A DNA stretch of 61,099 nt, the filler included. It is 4 parts of 4 records of this genome, joined end to end, with 100 filler letters (N's around TTAATTAATTAA, not from the genome) between each part and the next. Parts side by side here need not be neighbours in the genome. Positions count along the whole stretch, not along the records: positions 24,525 to 47,213 come from SRR20825019_2257; positions 47,314 to 53,459 come from SRR20825019_2270; 2 more parts are not named here. One strand, written 5' to 3'. A model generated the notes under the pieces. It saw only the letters and a list, made by a program, of their open reading frames with translations. It ran no database searches and had not been told where the DNA came from. Shown here piece after piece: positions 34,349-47,583 of this stretch. The translations under genes and the position numbers were made by a program. Position 1 is the first letter of the stretch. The number at the start of each line of letters is the position of its first letter.

Positions 34349-35356
34349 CTAAGCAACAAAGCAGTACGCAATGCACCCAAGTGTGGGCAAAATACAGCAA
34401 AGGTACCAGAAGGTGCCCATCAACCATGCTGTAACATGGGCATTGGGAGGGACATAGATGTCCTCATCTCCAGTGGAAGCATTGGCACCAACCTTCTTAA
34501 CTCCATCACGTTTCTTGGCTCTTTCCTCCATAACACTAACACGTCGCAAGTTAATAGCGGAATACCCCTCACAAAAATGTCACCTACGTGTATGGTTCCG
34601 CACCAAAGAACACACGAACAAACCACTCAAGCACAGCGTAACCGTTCAGGTAATAAAGGATGGGGTTCGACCAGCCAGTAATAAGTGAATAGTAAGTACG
34701 GAAATGGCTGGTGTGGTGCACGTTGTGACCGGCACGAGACAATAGAAGGCCAAACTTCTGCATGGCGTCCACCAAAAAAGGCAAATCCTTGCTACGCTTG
34801 TGGGACCATATATGAAACTGATTGATAAACGCCGTGCCCGCCCAAAAAATCAAAACAGCCCCAAACAGAGCGTTCTTCACGTGCTCACCCTCAACAGGAG
34901 TGTAAGCCGCAGCAAGAAGAAAGAGTGGCGGAAGCGAAGCCATACAAGTATTTCCGTTTGCCTCAATTACATCATGAGAGCAAATCTCAATCGGGTCGTC
35001 ATGATGAACACGGAAAGGCCGGATGATCTAGCAAGAAGATATCATCAGACACTCCTCAAGATTCGCAAGTCCCCAACTTTGCGACATACCTTCTTTCCAA
35101 GAATAGGGGTGTCAGCAGTGCCAAAATTGTCAAAAGACCAGTGAAGCAGACCCGAGCAGAAGTCCGAGTATACAAGAGAAAGTATCAGAGCACACCCCAC
35201 ATATTTGGCCGACTCCACATCAGTCACGGCAGTGCCCAGACGGACGGTCAATACAAACAGTACAAACATAGTCAAGGGGACCATGTAATAGTTAATCTGA
35301 TTCATCTTCTTTCGCTCATCGGCGGCAAATACCTCCTTTTTCAGAGTAACAGACAT
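34349..35356 (-). CDS. TMEM189/PEDS1/CarF/FAD4-family lipid desaturase, 3 exons, with an extra C-terminal hydrophobic segment
   Basis: His motifs DFCSGLLHWSFD, RPFRVHHDDP, NQFHIWSH, HNVHH and ITGWSN. An intron at about 34539-34588 splices in frame to a final exon ending TLGCIAYCFVA*. Confidence 0.87.
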
Positions 35357-36285
35357 TGTGAGGGAGTCAACAAAACACAACCTAACCATCCCCATTACTG
35401 AGTATGTAATATTCGTAGTTAGACAGTGGAGTGCAAATTAGTTCGAGTGTCTTCCCAGGTAGACACGAAGAGAATGGTGAACTTTTCCAACAGCTCAAGG
35501 CTTCGCACCCATCGCAAACAGCTCATCAGCCACCACGACGAGCAAAGGAGCGGCGCCCGTTCATTGGCAGAGAGTCATGACGTAGTGTGTGCTGACAGTG
35601 TAGTGGAGGATCTGGGCCCGGCCCGCAAGTCATCAACCATCGGTAGTGGGTGAGTGGCCGGGCCCCCCGCCTGGGCAGGCCGGGCCCGCCGCGCATGGCG
35701 GCGCCCGCCGCTCGCCCCCGGCGGCCATGGGCGTCTCGCCAGCCCAAGGGAGTGAGCTGGCGCCGGGGTCTGGCAGCATCCCCGGCGCCGGCCGAGCCGT
35801 TTGCGTCACCGCAGGCGGCGGCCGGCGAGATGCCTGGTGGTAGGGGCCGGTCAGGTGTCAGTCTGCGACCGGGGGTCCAAGAATAGCAAGCCGACCCGTC
35901 GTGGCCGCGGGCGGGGGCTGGACTGCCCCGCCGGGCAACAGCCATGCGAGGCTGCTTGATGGCCACGCTCACTCGCGGCCGGAGCCGGACGTCGTATCGA
36001 AGCTTCCAACCACGTCGGCCTGTCGAGTGTCGATTGACAGATTCTTCCCTATGACCCTATCGTGAAACTGTTCCGGAAACAACGAGAAATCTTGCACGGT
36101 AAATCCGATTAGCAGGCGATGTTATCGATGGTGTTCCATAGTTGGCCTTAATGGCTCTGTCACGCTAGGCCCTAGGCATCTCTGGGCCGAGTATGTCATT
36201 GAAGAGCTCGGCTTGACGGAGGTCATCAGTGCTCACCTGAAGTAAAAGTGCCACTCATGAAGGATCTACAGAGGCGTAGGCGAGG

Positions 36286-38248
36286 ATGGTGGCCGAGGGA
36301 AATACGTCTATTTTGGACACTGACACCACCTTTGAGGACTTTGGGTTGGATGACAGGCTTTTAAAGGCCTGTTCGAAACTGAAGTATGACCATCCCACTT
36401 TAGTGCAGTCGCAGTGCATAAAGCTTGCCCTAGCGGGAAAAGATGTGCTTGCCAGAGCAAGGACGGGATCAGGAAAGACGGTAGCATACATGATACCGAT
36501 TATTCAACAGATCTTGGATGACTCAAAGGCTGGGAGAAAGCGCGGTGTGAAGTCAGTTGTGCTTGTGCCCACACGTGAGCTCTGTGAGCAAGTAAAAGAT
36601 GTGGCTGCGGGAATGTTGCAATATTGCAGCAAGAGCGACATCACCTTTGTGCAGTTATCGTCAGACCAATCCATCAAATCTCAAAAGTATGTGGAGACTG
36701 TGCATGCTCTTGATCGTACTAACCCTTAAGTGCAGGACCTTGCTGAGGGACCTTCCTGACATTGTAGTTGCAACCCCTGGGAGGTTAGCCCAGCATCTGA
36801 CTGCAAAGAATGTAGTTTTGAAGGATACCTTGAAATTTGTTGTTATTGACGAGGCAGATTTGATTCTTTCTTATGGTTACGATAATGACATGAGAGAAAC
36901 GAAAAAGTACTTGCCTAAGTTGTGCCAGTGCTTCTTGATGTCTGCCACTATCAATCCTGAAGTTGAGGAGCTCAAGAAAAATATGCTGCACAACCCTGCT
37001 ATCGTCAAGCTCGAAGAAAGTGCTGCGGCTAGTGGTGACTTAGAACAGTTTAGCATCCAATGTACCGATAGGGACAAGTTTTTGTTATCGTTTGCTCTGT
37101 TGCGCCTCCAATTGATTAGTGGAAAAGCAATATTCTTTGTTAATGACGTGGAACGGTGCTATAGATTGCGACTTTTCTTAGAGCAGTTTTCTATTTCTTC
37201 AGCAGTCCTGAACTCAGAATTGCCGCAAAATTCGAGATCTCATATCCTTCAGGAGTTCAATAAGGGCGTGTTCGACTACCTGATTGCAACTGATACATCC
37301 CTAGACGATTTTGATTCTGATGTGGATTCTGATGATGACGATATGGATGCCGGTGAAGAGTATGATGAAGATGAGGGCAAACCTGCAAAGAATAAGAAGA
37401 GCAATGTAGACATGAAAAAGGATAGCGAGTATGGTGTTGCCCGCGGTGTAGATTTCAAAGACGTAGAAACTGTAATTAATTTTGATTTCCCAAGGACTGT
37501 GAAGTCCTATACCCATCGGATTGGTCGGACTGCACGTGGAGGCGCTACTGGTAATGCTATTTCTTTCGTATCCGAGGAACATGCTGCAGTGTTTGAAAAG
37601 GTAAAAGCAAAACAAGAGAAGGATGGCGCTGATATCAAGCCATTCGCTTTCAAAATGACGCAGCTGGAGGGGTTCCGGTATCGCGTGGAAGACGTGTTGC
37701 GGTCGGTGACGCGTGTTGCTGTGCGGGAGGCACGGTTGAAGGAGATCAAGAAAGAAATCATTAACTCAGAGAAGCTGAAGACTCATTTCGATGACAATCC
37801 TCACGACTTGGATGCGTTGAAGCACGACAAGCCGCTACGTCCATCTGCTATCAAGCCTCACTTGAAGCACATTCCTGATTATCTCGCACCTAAAAATGTG
37901 GACATGTTGCCTCAATCAAAGGAGAGATCTGGGCACGGAGGCTATGGCGGAGGAAGCAAGAAAAGAAAGGGCGCTGATGACCCTCTGCAGACATTTACAT
38001 ACGATGGCGGAGACAAACGGCCGAGGAACGCAGATGCCAGCATGCCGGATGAGAAGTTTTCTGGTTCCAATTCACAGAGGGGAGGGAAGCGTAAGGTTGG
38101 CTCTCGGGTCCAGGGCGGCACTGAGCACCTTAGCCGTCACAAGAAGTTCAAGCTCATGCGCGATCGAAAATATGACAATAAGCGTGCCCAGGGCTACAAG
38201 GGAGCTCGTGGAGGAAAGAAGAAGCGTGTGGCTGGTCAGTATGAGTAA
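36286..38248 (+). CDS. DBP9: DEAD-box RNA helicase DBP9/DDX56, 2 exons
   Basis: ARTGSGKT, PTREL, DEADLILSYGY, SAT, EYGVARGVDF and HRIGRTAR, plus DBP9-typical FRYRVEDVLRSVTRVAVREARLKEIK. Confidence 0.93.
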
Positions 38249-38287
38249 AGCTTGAGTGTCCTTCATTTGGGTGCACGGAAACATTTA

Positions 38288-39910
38288 TCATCTCATGCTA
38301 TACCGTCCCATACTACCGCCAGGAGCTCGGGGTGCCGCCCGGCGGCCGTTCGGTGAGGCTTGGGCTTGGGATCGTGTAGTCACTCCACGTCCGGTAACCT
38401 TCCCGAATCCCATCGCCACATCATCTGTTGGCGTTGGTGTCCGGCTAGACTGCTTCACAGGGGACTGATTTGTTCTTGAACCCATGGGTGCTGCTCGGCC
38501 ACGTATAGGTGATCCATATGCACTCCCTGTGATAGTTGCGTCAACATCGAATTCTGCCATCTATATATATATATCGTTCCATACCATAAGCTTGTTCTGT
38601 TTGCCTCATCCTATCATTCATTGGTTGGATTCCTCGCACAGGAGACGAAGGGTTTGTACTCCTCAGCGTCTGCATTCCAATGTCAGCTCCGCCCATATCA
38701 TTAGTCTTAAGCACTCACCCTGCCATATGGACCAGGCGAACCTCCGCCTGGTGACTGGCTACCCTCCTGCAAAGCCTCAATATTCTGAGGTCGACCCTTA
38801 CCCGGCTCAGAGAGAGGACCTGGGCAAGGCGGATAATTTCCATATTTCTTCCTGTATTCATCACCGGCCCTCCACATCCTAGCTTCCCATTCTTTTAGCC
38901 AGTGTTGTTGCGGTCCGATAATACTCCCAGGGCGCATTAGGCGGAGCCACCCAATTATCTCCGGCGCAGTAAACTTATAGTGCTTCATCGTATAGGCTGC
39001 AATCAGAGATCCCGTCCTACCTAAACCCGCCTTGCAGTGGACAGCAACAACACCAGGCTCATTTTCAGCAACCTCCAAAAACTTTCTCAAGATATTCTCA
39101 GGAGGAGTGCTTCCGTCTATGAAATACATTTCATAGTGCCTGATACCATGGTCGGTAAATCTCCTTTTGTCATACAGTTTCTTATTTGTCCTCACAACCC
39201 CGGTAACACCCATGCGCTTAAAGTGAGGAATGTAGTCCTCAGGGGTACACATGTAGATTCCAGGGCCAATTTCTATTCTTGTCGCCTGAGGGCCACTGAA
39301 AGAAATAAACTTTCCCGGCAGGGTCCAGTTGAAATCACCATTTTCCACTTTTTCAAAGTACTCATATTCTTGAAGATCAAAGTTATCAAAATCGATGAAT
39401 TTGTTTTCTTTCGCTTTGTAGAGACCCCTGACGACATCCAAGATTGTCAAGTTGAAGGTTGACACCCCATACGACGCATCGCGGAAAGGGATAAACGGAG
39501 GATAAATTCCCATGAAAGGGCGATACGCATCCTCCGGTGTTCGATTCAAAAACATGACCTATGCAATCAGTTAGCCCCCAAAAATTCAGTTATAGAGTGG
39601 GTACACATACAGCATAACAGCAGATTAAAGTTGCCCCACACGCCCGCTTGTGACCATCGTTACTTGTATAATGATATATCTTCTTCTTTGCGTGTTGCGG
39701 ATCGTTCAGTTTCTGATTTAAAACTTTTGAATATCGGTACAAGCAGCCCATATGCAACGGTCCAAAGTCGGCAAAGAACGGCTCGTAAACCAGTTCATTG
39801 TCTATGCTGAAGAAGTGTGCGTTTGGAGTTTGCCGAGGGGTTGTACGCAAAGTAACAAAGTACAGCCTGTCCGGAATGAACTCTAGCGCATTATTCAATT
39901 CATCAGCCAT
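38288..39910 (-). CDS. CDC14: Dual-specificity phosphatase CDC14, multi-exon
   Basis: DRLYF, YEPFFADFGPL, PFRDAS, ENGDFNW, the catalytic motif VHCKAGLGRTG and RPGSIIGPQQ. Confidence 0.95.
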
Positions 39911-41211
39911 CTGAAGTTAAATTTAAACTGAATTTGTCTTATCCCCTAGTCCGTAACCCAAAAGGGACAGTACTTCGGTACAGCCCAATGAGACAATCCT
40001 TATGTAGGACGCTACCCCTAATAAGTGGAATTACCTGCTTATTTATTGTTCGGTGGAGTTAGCAAACACTAGGGATTGAAAGCATAGAGCGCTGTAAGCT
40101 CTAGATTTGTAAGTTACCAGTTTGGCGGGGCTTGGTCCCATCATGCCACCATGAAACCTAAGCTCCCAATGCATTCGACATATGCTGGTCCACAACAGGG
40201 TCGTTGGCACGCAACTGCGAGTCATCATCACAGGCCCGCGCAGGTGCCGGCCGCCGGGGCGGACGGGCGGTTGCCGCCTGCTCGGTCAGTGTATTGTTAC
40301 CCGGAATTCAGACGGATCGACTGAGTTCTCCTTACTGCTGGTGGATGCTGATCCGACCACACTGATCATCGTCATGACTTCACTCAGGTGCGGCCAGTGT
40401 GCCGGAGTGCCGGGCCGCCCACACAGCGGCCGTGGACAGCACCGCGCCACAAACAAGGCAAGCCTGGCCCGCTGAGTGCCAGCTGCTGGGGGCACTCTGG
40501 TACCTTCGCCTCGTTCCCACCAATAACGTGGCTTGGTGATACGTCACAAAACGTTTCTTCCCTTATCCGACCGTGCACCAAAAACCAGGAGGAGCTTTCG
40601 GTTTTTTGCGTCACTCTGTTAAATTGAGACTCATCGTTGTTCATCGATCGACGTCTTGCAACCAAAAATTACCTGGCTCGGTTCGGCGCCCGCGTGCCCG
40701 ATCGCCCTCGGGCGCCGGGCCCCTATTTGCGTGCTGGCGTTGGCCCTCCCGGCTCGCAACGGCATCGATCTCGTCGACAAAGCGGCGGCGCACCGCCATG
40801 CGAGCCGCGGTCACGCCAGCACGGTGATTGCATTCTCGGTAGGTTCGTTGGGTCTTATCGCACCTGCATCGCAGCCCGGAGCCGCCCTCGGGTCGGCCGC
40901 GGAGCCGCCCGCTCTGGCGCCTGGCAGTGATACTCAGAGCTCACGTAGCACGGGGCGCTCCGCCCGGCCGCCGGCCGTTTGGTCCTGCGCTGCAGCCTAG
41001 TGTTTCGGCCCAACAACTGCGAGGAGGTGGCTTTGGCCTAGCACTGCTCGAGGGCACGCTGAACGCTGGCGCTTCACGCGCAACGTGTGTGTGGTTTTTT
41101 TTTTTTTTTGCCAAATCCTTTTGCAAAATCTCGGCAACTCGAAGGGGCGCTAAGATTTCAGCTCCATAAATATTTAGTTGTGTTCTAGTGAAAATCTTTC
41201 ATAGATTCGAA

Positions 41212-41806
41212 ATGTCTCTGTCTCTCTTTGCTCGCAAGGTCAATGTGACCTCTGTTGCTCGTATGGCTTCCTTCCAGGCTACCCGGGCTATGGGTGCTAG
41301 TATGTGTTAGATCCCCACAAGGTGATTTATAGCTGACTTGTTTTCAGTTGTTACTCCTGATCCTCGTGACCCTGGACCCCCCGGAAACCAGCCCGGAATG
41401 GAGCAGACCACTGGTCTTGAGCGTGCTGAGTATGATGCCTTGAAGGAGGGCAAGACCCCCTTCTCTCGCAACGAGCCCCTCCGTGGCTTTTTCGGTATGT
41501 ATTATTGACTACAGTATGCTTTGGAGAGGGCTTATTTCGACTGGCAGGCACATACGACAAACCGTTCCCAGTGCCCTCCAACTACAACGCTCGTATTGTG
41601 GGTTGCACTGGTGGTGCCGGCGATAAGGAGCACGATATTGTCTGGTTCCAGGTTGTTGAGGGAAAGAAGTATGTGTGCTCTGAGTGCTTCCAGGTGTGTT
41701 GAATCCTCTGGAGGTGGTGGGCGGTGTTTGACTCAGCAAAAACTTGCAGGTGTTCCAGCTCAAGAGGGAAGAGCGTGTGGGTGTTCCTCTCCAGGAGCAC
41801 CACTAA
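41212..41806 (+). CDS. COX5B: Cytochrome c oxidase subunit 5B (yeast Cox4 family), 4 exons
   Basis: Mitochondrial-targeting-like N-terminus, EQTTGLERAE, RIVGCTG, H-x-x-x-WF and CSECFQVFQL zinc-site motifs. Confidence 0.88.
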
Positions 41807-41890
41807 ACCTGAAAAGATCATTGTAAAACGTATTTTTCACCAGACACGGAATGGCCTTGGTCTGGTTTTAAATATAGGTTGACGAATGGG

Positions 41891-43361
41891 CTATGCCCAC
41901 CACTGGGAAACAAGGTGATGGGGAAAATCCCCAAACGCGCCGACCTTGCAAAGCGCCATAGCAACTTCACCAGCCAGAAGCCAAACGATGATCCACTCTA
42001 GACGTTCAGACTTTTGATGCTGGTTGATTTCAAGGAAAAATTTGGTATTTAGCTGAGACTTGAATCAGACAAGAACCCATAGTTGAATACCAGAACAAGC
42101 GCACCAACACACCTGTATAAGGTCGAGCTTGAAGTCCAGGCGCTTAAATCGCGACTCGACCTCAAACTCCTCTCTTAGCCCGTCCCATAGTTTCGCAAAC
42201 CTTTCTGACTTCCACGCCGTATCGGACCTAATGCTTGGTCAGAGCCGATTACGGGTTCACCCGTGTACAGTTTCCTAACCTATCTAATAGTCGCAAGTTG
42301 CGAATCATGTCAGTTAAGATTGCGTTGTTTGTTGCCACCGACTTGAAAAGCATTTGTTGCTGCAAAGCAAAGGATCCCCTCTTTTCCACATCCCCGTTCA
42401 TTGTTCGAAACTGCTCCAACATCTCATTCACCTGATCAAGGAGTCAGTCTCAACAAACCCTTGTCGTAGCTGGCGCACACCTTTCCCTCATAGTGATCCA
42501 GAGCTACAGTATGACCTATCACACTGGATATCACTCGAAGATGGTGAATGTCCAGGTTAACGACAGAAATGAACTCTGGGTACACACCCTCTTCCCTTGT
42601 CGGCCGCAAACTTACAGCATAGTCTATTGTGGATTAGTTACATTTAACTGCATCGACGTGGCATACCTTCAGCGGCTGGAAGTTCGAATGGCTCTGTACA
42701 GTACTTCCGAGACTGCTTGATGATCTCCTTGATCTTCCACTCTTCAAAGTTGTAGAACACGACAGACCCATACCCAAACACAAATAGATGCCGTTTCTCG
42801 TTTGGAAGTGGCGGCTCCATGGTGGAGTCGACGTCTCCGTCAGGCATCACGTTCGACTGAAAACTCAGGAGGAGTCCATCCCGTTGAAGGTAGTGAACAC
42901 AGTCAGTTTTCGAGAAAACCTCGGAATAATATTTCATGAAGTCGATTCGCCTCCTGCAAAGCATAAGCATGAGTGAACACTCAAGCGATATGAACAGCTA
43001 GAACATACGCTATATAGAAGGCCCGAATGGGATATACCCGTCGAATATTCGGAATTTGAGACTTTGGAACTTGAAGTTGCGACGTATCACTTGCACTCGC
43101 ACTCAAAACAATAGAGTTGTTCTCTTGTCTCGTTGTGTCTGTAAGGTGTCTCTTTTGAAAGTCACTTGGCAAGCGGGTGTGTGTCAAAGGTCCAAGAGTG
43201 CAACACTGAAGAAAGTGTCGGGTCCCTAGCTTGCCCACTGGCCCCCAAAAGTCCTCTCTGTGTCGAAAAGGCGAGCTAGTCACTCCGAGACCGCCTGCCA
43301 TGGCCCAAACTCTTGACGAGAAGGCGGCTTGCCGTGACATACTAACGAGACGGTGGTTCAT
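41891..43361 (-). CDS. RMD1/RMND1 (DUF155) family protein, multi-exon
   Basis: LFVFGYGSVVFYN, SVALDHYE, NLRLLDRSDTAW, LREEFEVESRFKRLDFKL and HQKSERLEWIIVWLL. Confidence 0.85.
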
Positions 43362-44453
43362 GGCGTGTTTACCCGCACATCAGACGTCGCGATGCACTTG
43401 TTCAGAAGTAAGAGTCTGGAAAGACTTGGAGACACCTCGAAAACCTCGGCAGATACTTCAAAAGTTTCCCTTCATGGGTCTGAATCGCTCAGTTAAAGAA
43501 CTCAAGGCCGGCCTCAAGTTCGGGGCCGCGGCGCGCGGCCGCCCCGGGGCGCGGGCCGGGCTCGCGTGTGGGCGGCCCGGCCTTGGTCACTCGCGGGCGG
43601 CCCGGCCGGAGGGCCGGTCACGGGGTCAGGAGTTGAGTCCGGTCATTCATTGAGTCACGGAGCCGGAGCCGCCGGGCCGCGGCCACGGCACACACGCCTT
43701 GGCAGCCCCGTCCGGTCGCGCGGGCCGGCGGCCGGCCGGCCGGCCGGCGGGCCCGCCGGCCGACCCGCGCCCGCGGGTCAGGTGCCGGGTAGTAGCGCGG
43801 CCGCGGGCCGGCCGGGCGAGCGCCTGGAGTTGCCATCCGCCCAGTCGGTCCGACCGGGCGCCCCGCCCCGGCGGCGGGCCCAGCGTGGCACCCCGGCTTC
43901 GACCGTGTACGCAGCCAGTCAGTACCGCGATCAGTCACAACAGTTGAAGAGGGACCGGACTGAACTGGAATACCATTCGCCCCGGCCCGAGCCCTGCCGT
44001 GCCTGTCATGGGACTTGTTCTTTCGTCGTGGTTGTCAACCGATGGTGGCCGGCGGCGTGGACTCTGCCAACTGAGTGGACTCACCGCACTGCCGATCGGC
44101 TGAGATCCGTGTCACGGTCTCCCGTGCCTGAAGTAACCTGCTACTCGGGACAATCAAGAGCGCCTTGCTGACCTCAAGTCTAGCAACTGTGAACTGAATC
44201 CCGGAAAACACGGACACTGGTAGGATTATAAACCATTTACTGTAGGACATGACGTCCACAAATCCAAGCCCTATCAACATCCCAAACTTCGTGCAAATGC
44301 GTTGAAGCAATGGCTGACATATTGCTGAGTGACCTGGTAGATGTGCACACATAGTTGCATGGGTGTGTGAGTCTGCTCGCTGGGGAATGTGACTCCTGAA
44401 CCCGACCGTTGCTCACCCCTTGCTTCATCCACTAAATATGCAGCGGAACAGCT

Positions 44454-46879
44454 CTATGTCGCATCCGGTCTCTTAGCTTCAGGGTGCACAGGATACATCG
44501 GCAATGGCGGATGAACAGAAGGATCTGTCGGTGGTGTCTGCGTGGCATCCGGTGCTTTGGTAATCATATCCGAAAATTCATGGAACATAGAAAGATCGAG
44601 GGTGTCCACGGTTTGTCGCTTTTCAAACATGCTCAGAGAAGGGGCATCTTGGCAGTGCTTAATGAAAGATCCTAAGTCGTCCTCATGATCTTCATCTACA
44701 GTGCTAGCCATCGCAAACGGCAGTTCATCCTCCTCCGTCAAAGCACTGCCACGCGATGTAGTGCTACGACGAGATACATTGGACAGGGTCATTCCGAATA
44801 TATCGCCTTCAGCACCTCTCTCCAGGACAGGGAGCAATCCATTCCTGTTTCCATGTTAAAGAAGTCCTCCTCATATACACTCTTCCACATACCCTGATTT
44901 CGAATCGCGGAATGGCGACACATTCAGATGGATGCCGCCGGATGTCCCGGGCAAGCTCATTCCCCTCCGGGGAGACGCCCTGCTGGTGGGTCCAGGAGAG
45001 AATCGCGGATTAGACCCAGGCCGCGGAGACCCGCGGGGTGATGGCAATCCCATGGCAATCTTGTTGATCTCATGGAGCGACACAGACCGCGGGACCCCGC
45101 CAGTCGACCTTGGGGTAGTGCCTGAACTGTATTCCTCTCCCAATAAGTGATTTACACATCACAGGGAATAAATACTTACGTCTCCTTAGCAAACCCGTTG
45201 TCATGACCCGAAAATGCCACTCCATTTGCCAAGAATGAATTCAACGAGTGCGTCCTCTTCAGGGCATGTTCTTTTGTATCGACAACCGGGGATCCCGTCG
45301 ACGGAGACACAAGCGCTTCTGGCATAGGCCTCCCGCCCCCCAGGCTTCCGCTTTCCCGCAATATTGATGAAGACCTACGTTCTGTAAGCTTGGGATGATG
45401 AAACCCCTTCGGGGTTGCTTACCTAGGAGTCACAAAACCCGTTGTTGGGGTCGAAGGGGTAAAGCCGCGACTCTGTGGCACCCCACTAGAGAGGGGTGGC
45501 GTGTTAAACGACAGCAAGTTGGAGCTTTGCGACACCGAAGGGATCAAGGGTGGTGTAGCACTAATGCTACGACCTCCCATGTTGTTCATGGCGAATGGCG
45601 GAGTAGGTGCGTCAAACGGCATCGAGCCCGGCGAAATGGATGACTTATCAGTGTCGGATCGAGCCACTTCGCGCTGGGCCAGCAAAGTAGGGATGGACAC
45701 AGGTGCACTGTGTGCAAATTGGCGGCCAGTCACGTTAGTCCCAACGACAGCTCCAGGGCCACGGGCCGTCTGCTCATTCTCATTACGAGCAGCATGCGCA
45801 ACCGAAGTGGCGGGTTGAATAGCACTTTCCGCACCCAATGCCATCGGAGGCGTCGCCACAGCACCCCGAGTTGCCTTCACTTCTGCTCCATTCTTGCAGC
45901 GGTCTCCTTCCAAGACAATCTTGGTGGCGGCCTCATCTTTCGGTGTGGTCGCACCCATGTAATCAGAGATGAACATCCTAGACATCACCGCTCCACTCGC
46001 CTTGTGCGACGCTTGCATGTCCACCTGCACCGTGTTCAGAGTCCTGTCATCTCCAGCACTAACTAACTCATTTCCGTACCGGCTGACTGCCAGGATTGCG
46101 GAAGTCCACCGTAACCATGATGTTCCCATATGCGGTACTGCATGACACCTCCTTGCGTCCCGGTGGGCAAACATCGTCCAGCGCACCGAGGACCTCGAGA
46201 TGGTCGCTGTCCTCTGCACTGCGGATCTCATAGCTGATCTGTGGCACAGAAGGTGTCACCGCTGGACGTGGGGACGAGATACAAACAACTGCACCTTTTC
46301 TCTGCCTTCACCTTGGCCTAATCTGCGAATCCGTCGGACTATACGCTGCAGAGGTAGCGCCCTCAGCAAGCAGTATACTTCACGAGACAGAATAACAGCT
46401 TTCTTGTACAATCCAGCCACATTATCTCTGCGCTTGTTTGCGGTCGATTTGTTATTAGAAAAATGTACCACCCACGACTCCATAAGCATGTTCTGATTAT
46501 TCTGAGTGGCGTCATTCAGCACGCAAAAATCGAAGACATGAGAAGTGAGATAACATACCTCGTTGCTGGCAAATACATTCAGACGAACCGGCCGAAAGGG
46601 CATATATCCCGCCGCAACTGCATGATTCAAGACACAGATAAACATATGCACCTATGGCTCCAATATGCACATACCAACTGGGTCGTCTTCAGGCATCGCC
46701 ACCGACAATACTTTACACCGCACGGAGTCGATGTCATCGATGGCAAGATTGAGCCACTCACTTTTCCTCCTTGATCCTGGAATTAGCTCAGGATCTAACC
46801 TGCCCTGTACAATAAGCTGAGGAAGCCGGTTTGCAGCTTCCTTCGATATTTTCATAAACTTAGCCCCGGCATCTTGCAT
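44454..46879 (-). CDS. ATG13: Autophagy protein ATG13 (N-terminal HORMA domain, disordered C-terminus), multi-exon
   Basis: IVQGR..WLNL, LMESWVVHF and LYKKAVILSREVYCLLRALP match the ATG13 HORMA pattern. A long S/P-rich region follows, then DDLGSFIKHCQDAPSL resembling the ATG1-binding motif. Confidence 0.78.
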
Positions 46880-47183
46880 GTCAACGCCCAGGGGGGCCTC
46901 GCTAACGCGAGATAGCGGGCAGATAAAATAAACCAGTTATTTCTCAAACTGCAGCTGCTTGACTACCATTCTTATTTTTATTTTGAGCGGGGCGGGTGGG
47001 AAACGCCAAGCCGAACTGGGCCCGGAAAACAGCTGACCAGACCGGCCCATACCGCTGGGGCACAGAGCCGCCGTGCCCTCACTGACTGCCGAGCGGGAGG
47101 CCCATGACAACTGTGGCCAATCGAGCGGTCCGGGCCCGGCCTGGCGTCCCGTGGTCAGCCGTCGTGAGGCGGAAGGCACCCGA

Positions 47184-47213
47184 GGTCCGGGTCGGTCCGG
47201 GTCGGTCCGGGTC
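47184..47213 (+). repeat. Tandem 10-mer (GGTCCGGGTC)x3 running into the contig end
   Basis: Direct reading. Confidence 0.8.
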
Positions 47214-47313
47214 NNNNNNNNNNNNNNNNNNNNNNNNNNNNNNNNNNNNNNNNNNNNTTAATTAATTAANNNNNNNNNNNNNNNNNNNNNNNNNNNNNNN
47301 NNNNNNNNNNNNN
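47214..47313. other. Artificial contig linker
   Basis: N-run + TTAATTAATTAA + N-run. Confidence 0.97.
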
Positions 47314-47340
47314 ATTTTCCGAAATTTCCCGGAAATTTTC
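47314..47340 (+). repeat. Left terminal inverted repeat of contig 3
   Basis: ATTTTCCGAAATTTCCCGGAAATTTTC matches the reverse complement of 53432-53458 (ATTTTCCGGAAATTCCCGGAAATTTTC) at 25/27 positions. Confidence 0.85.
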
Positions 47341-47583
47341 CCCAGAAATTTTCCCACAGGGTAAGATGTAATGTTTCTCCATAAATTTTTAAGTACAATG
47401 TATACGTTGCACACATGTAAACTCGTATGTACAAACTCGTATGTAACGTTTACGGTTACAGTATTGTATACAATGCATACTAATTTATACACATGGTGTG
47501 TATTAATACACCCGTATTACACGTTGCGGTTGTATACGGTACAACATATGGGAATAGTCCTGCATCCACCAGGCGGCCGTGTT

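Noticed and set aside
7970-35356. Lipid-metabolism gene cluster (SPT fusion, GPC1, PEDS1)
   Set aside because: The genes are separated by unrelated housekeeping genes and by a contig linker.
47314-47356. NF-kB/STAT-like sites in the terminal repeats and T-box-like AGGTGT in the dispersed motif
   Set aside because: These are short matches to animal transcription-factor consensuses, with no evidence that the contig comes from an organism with those factors.
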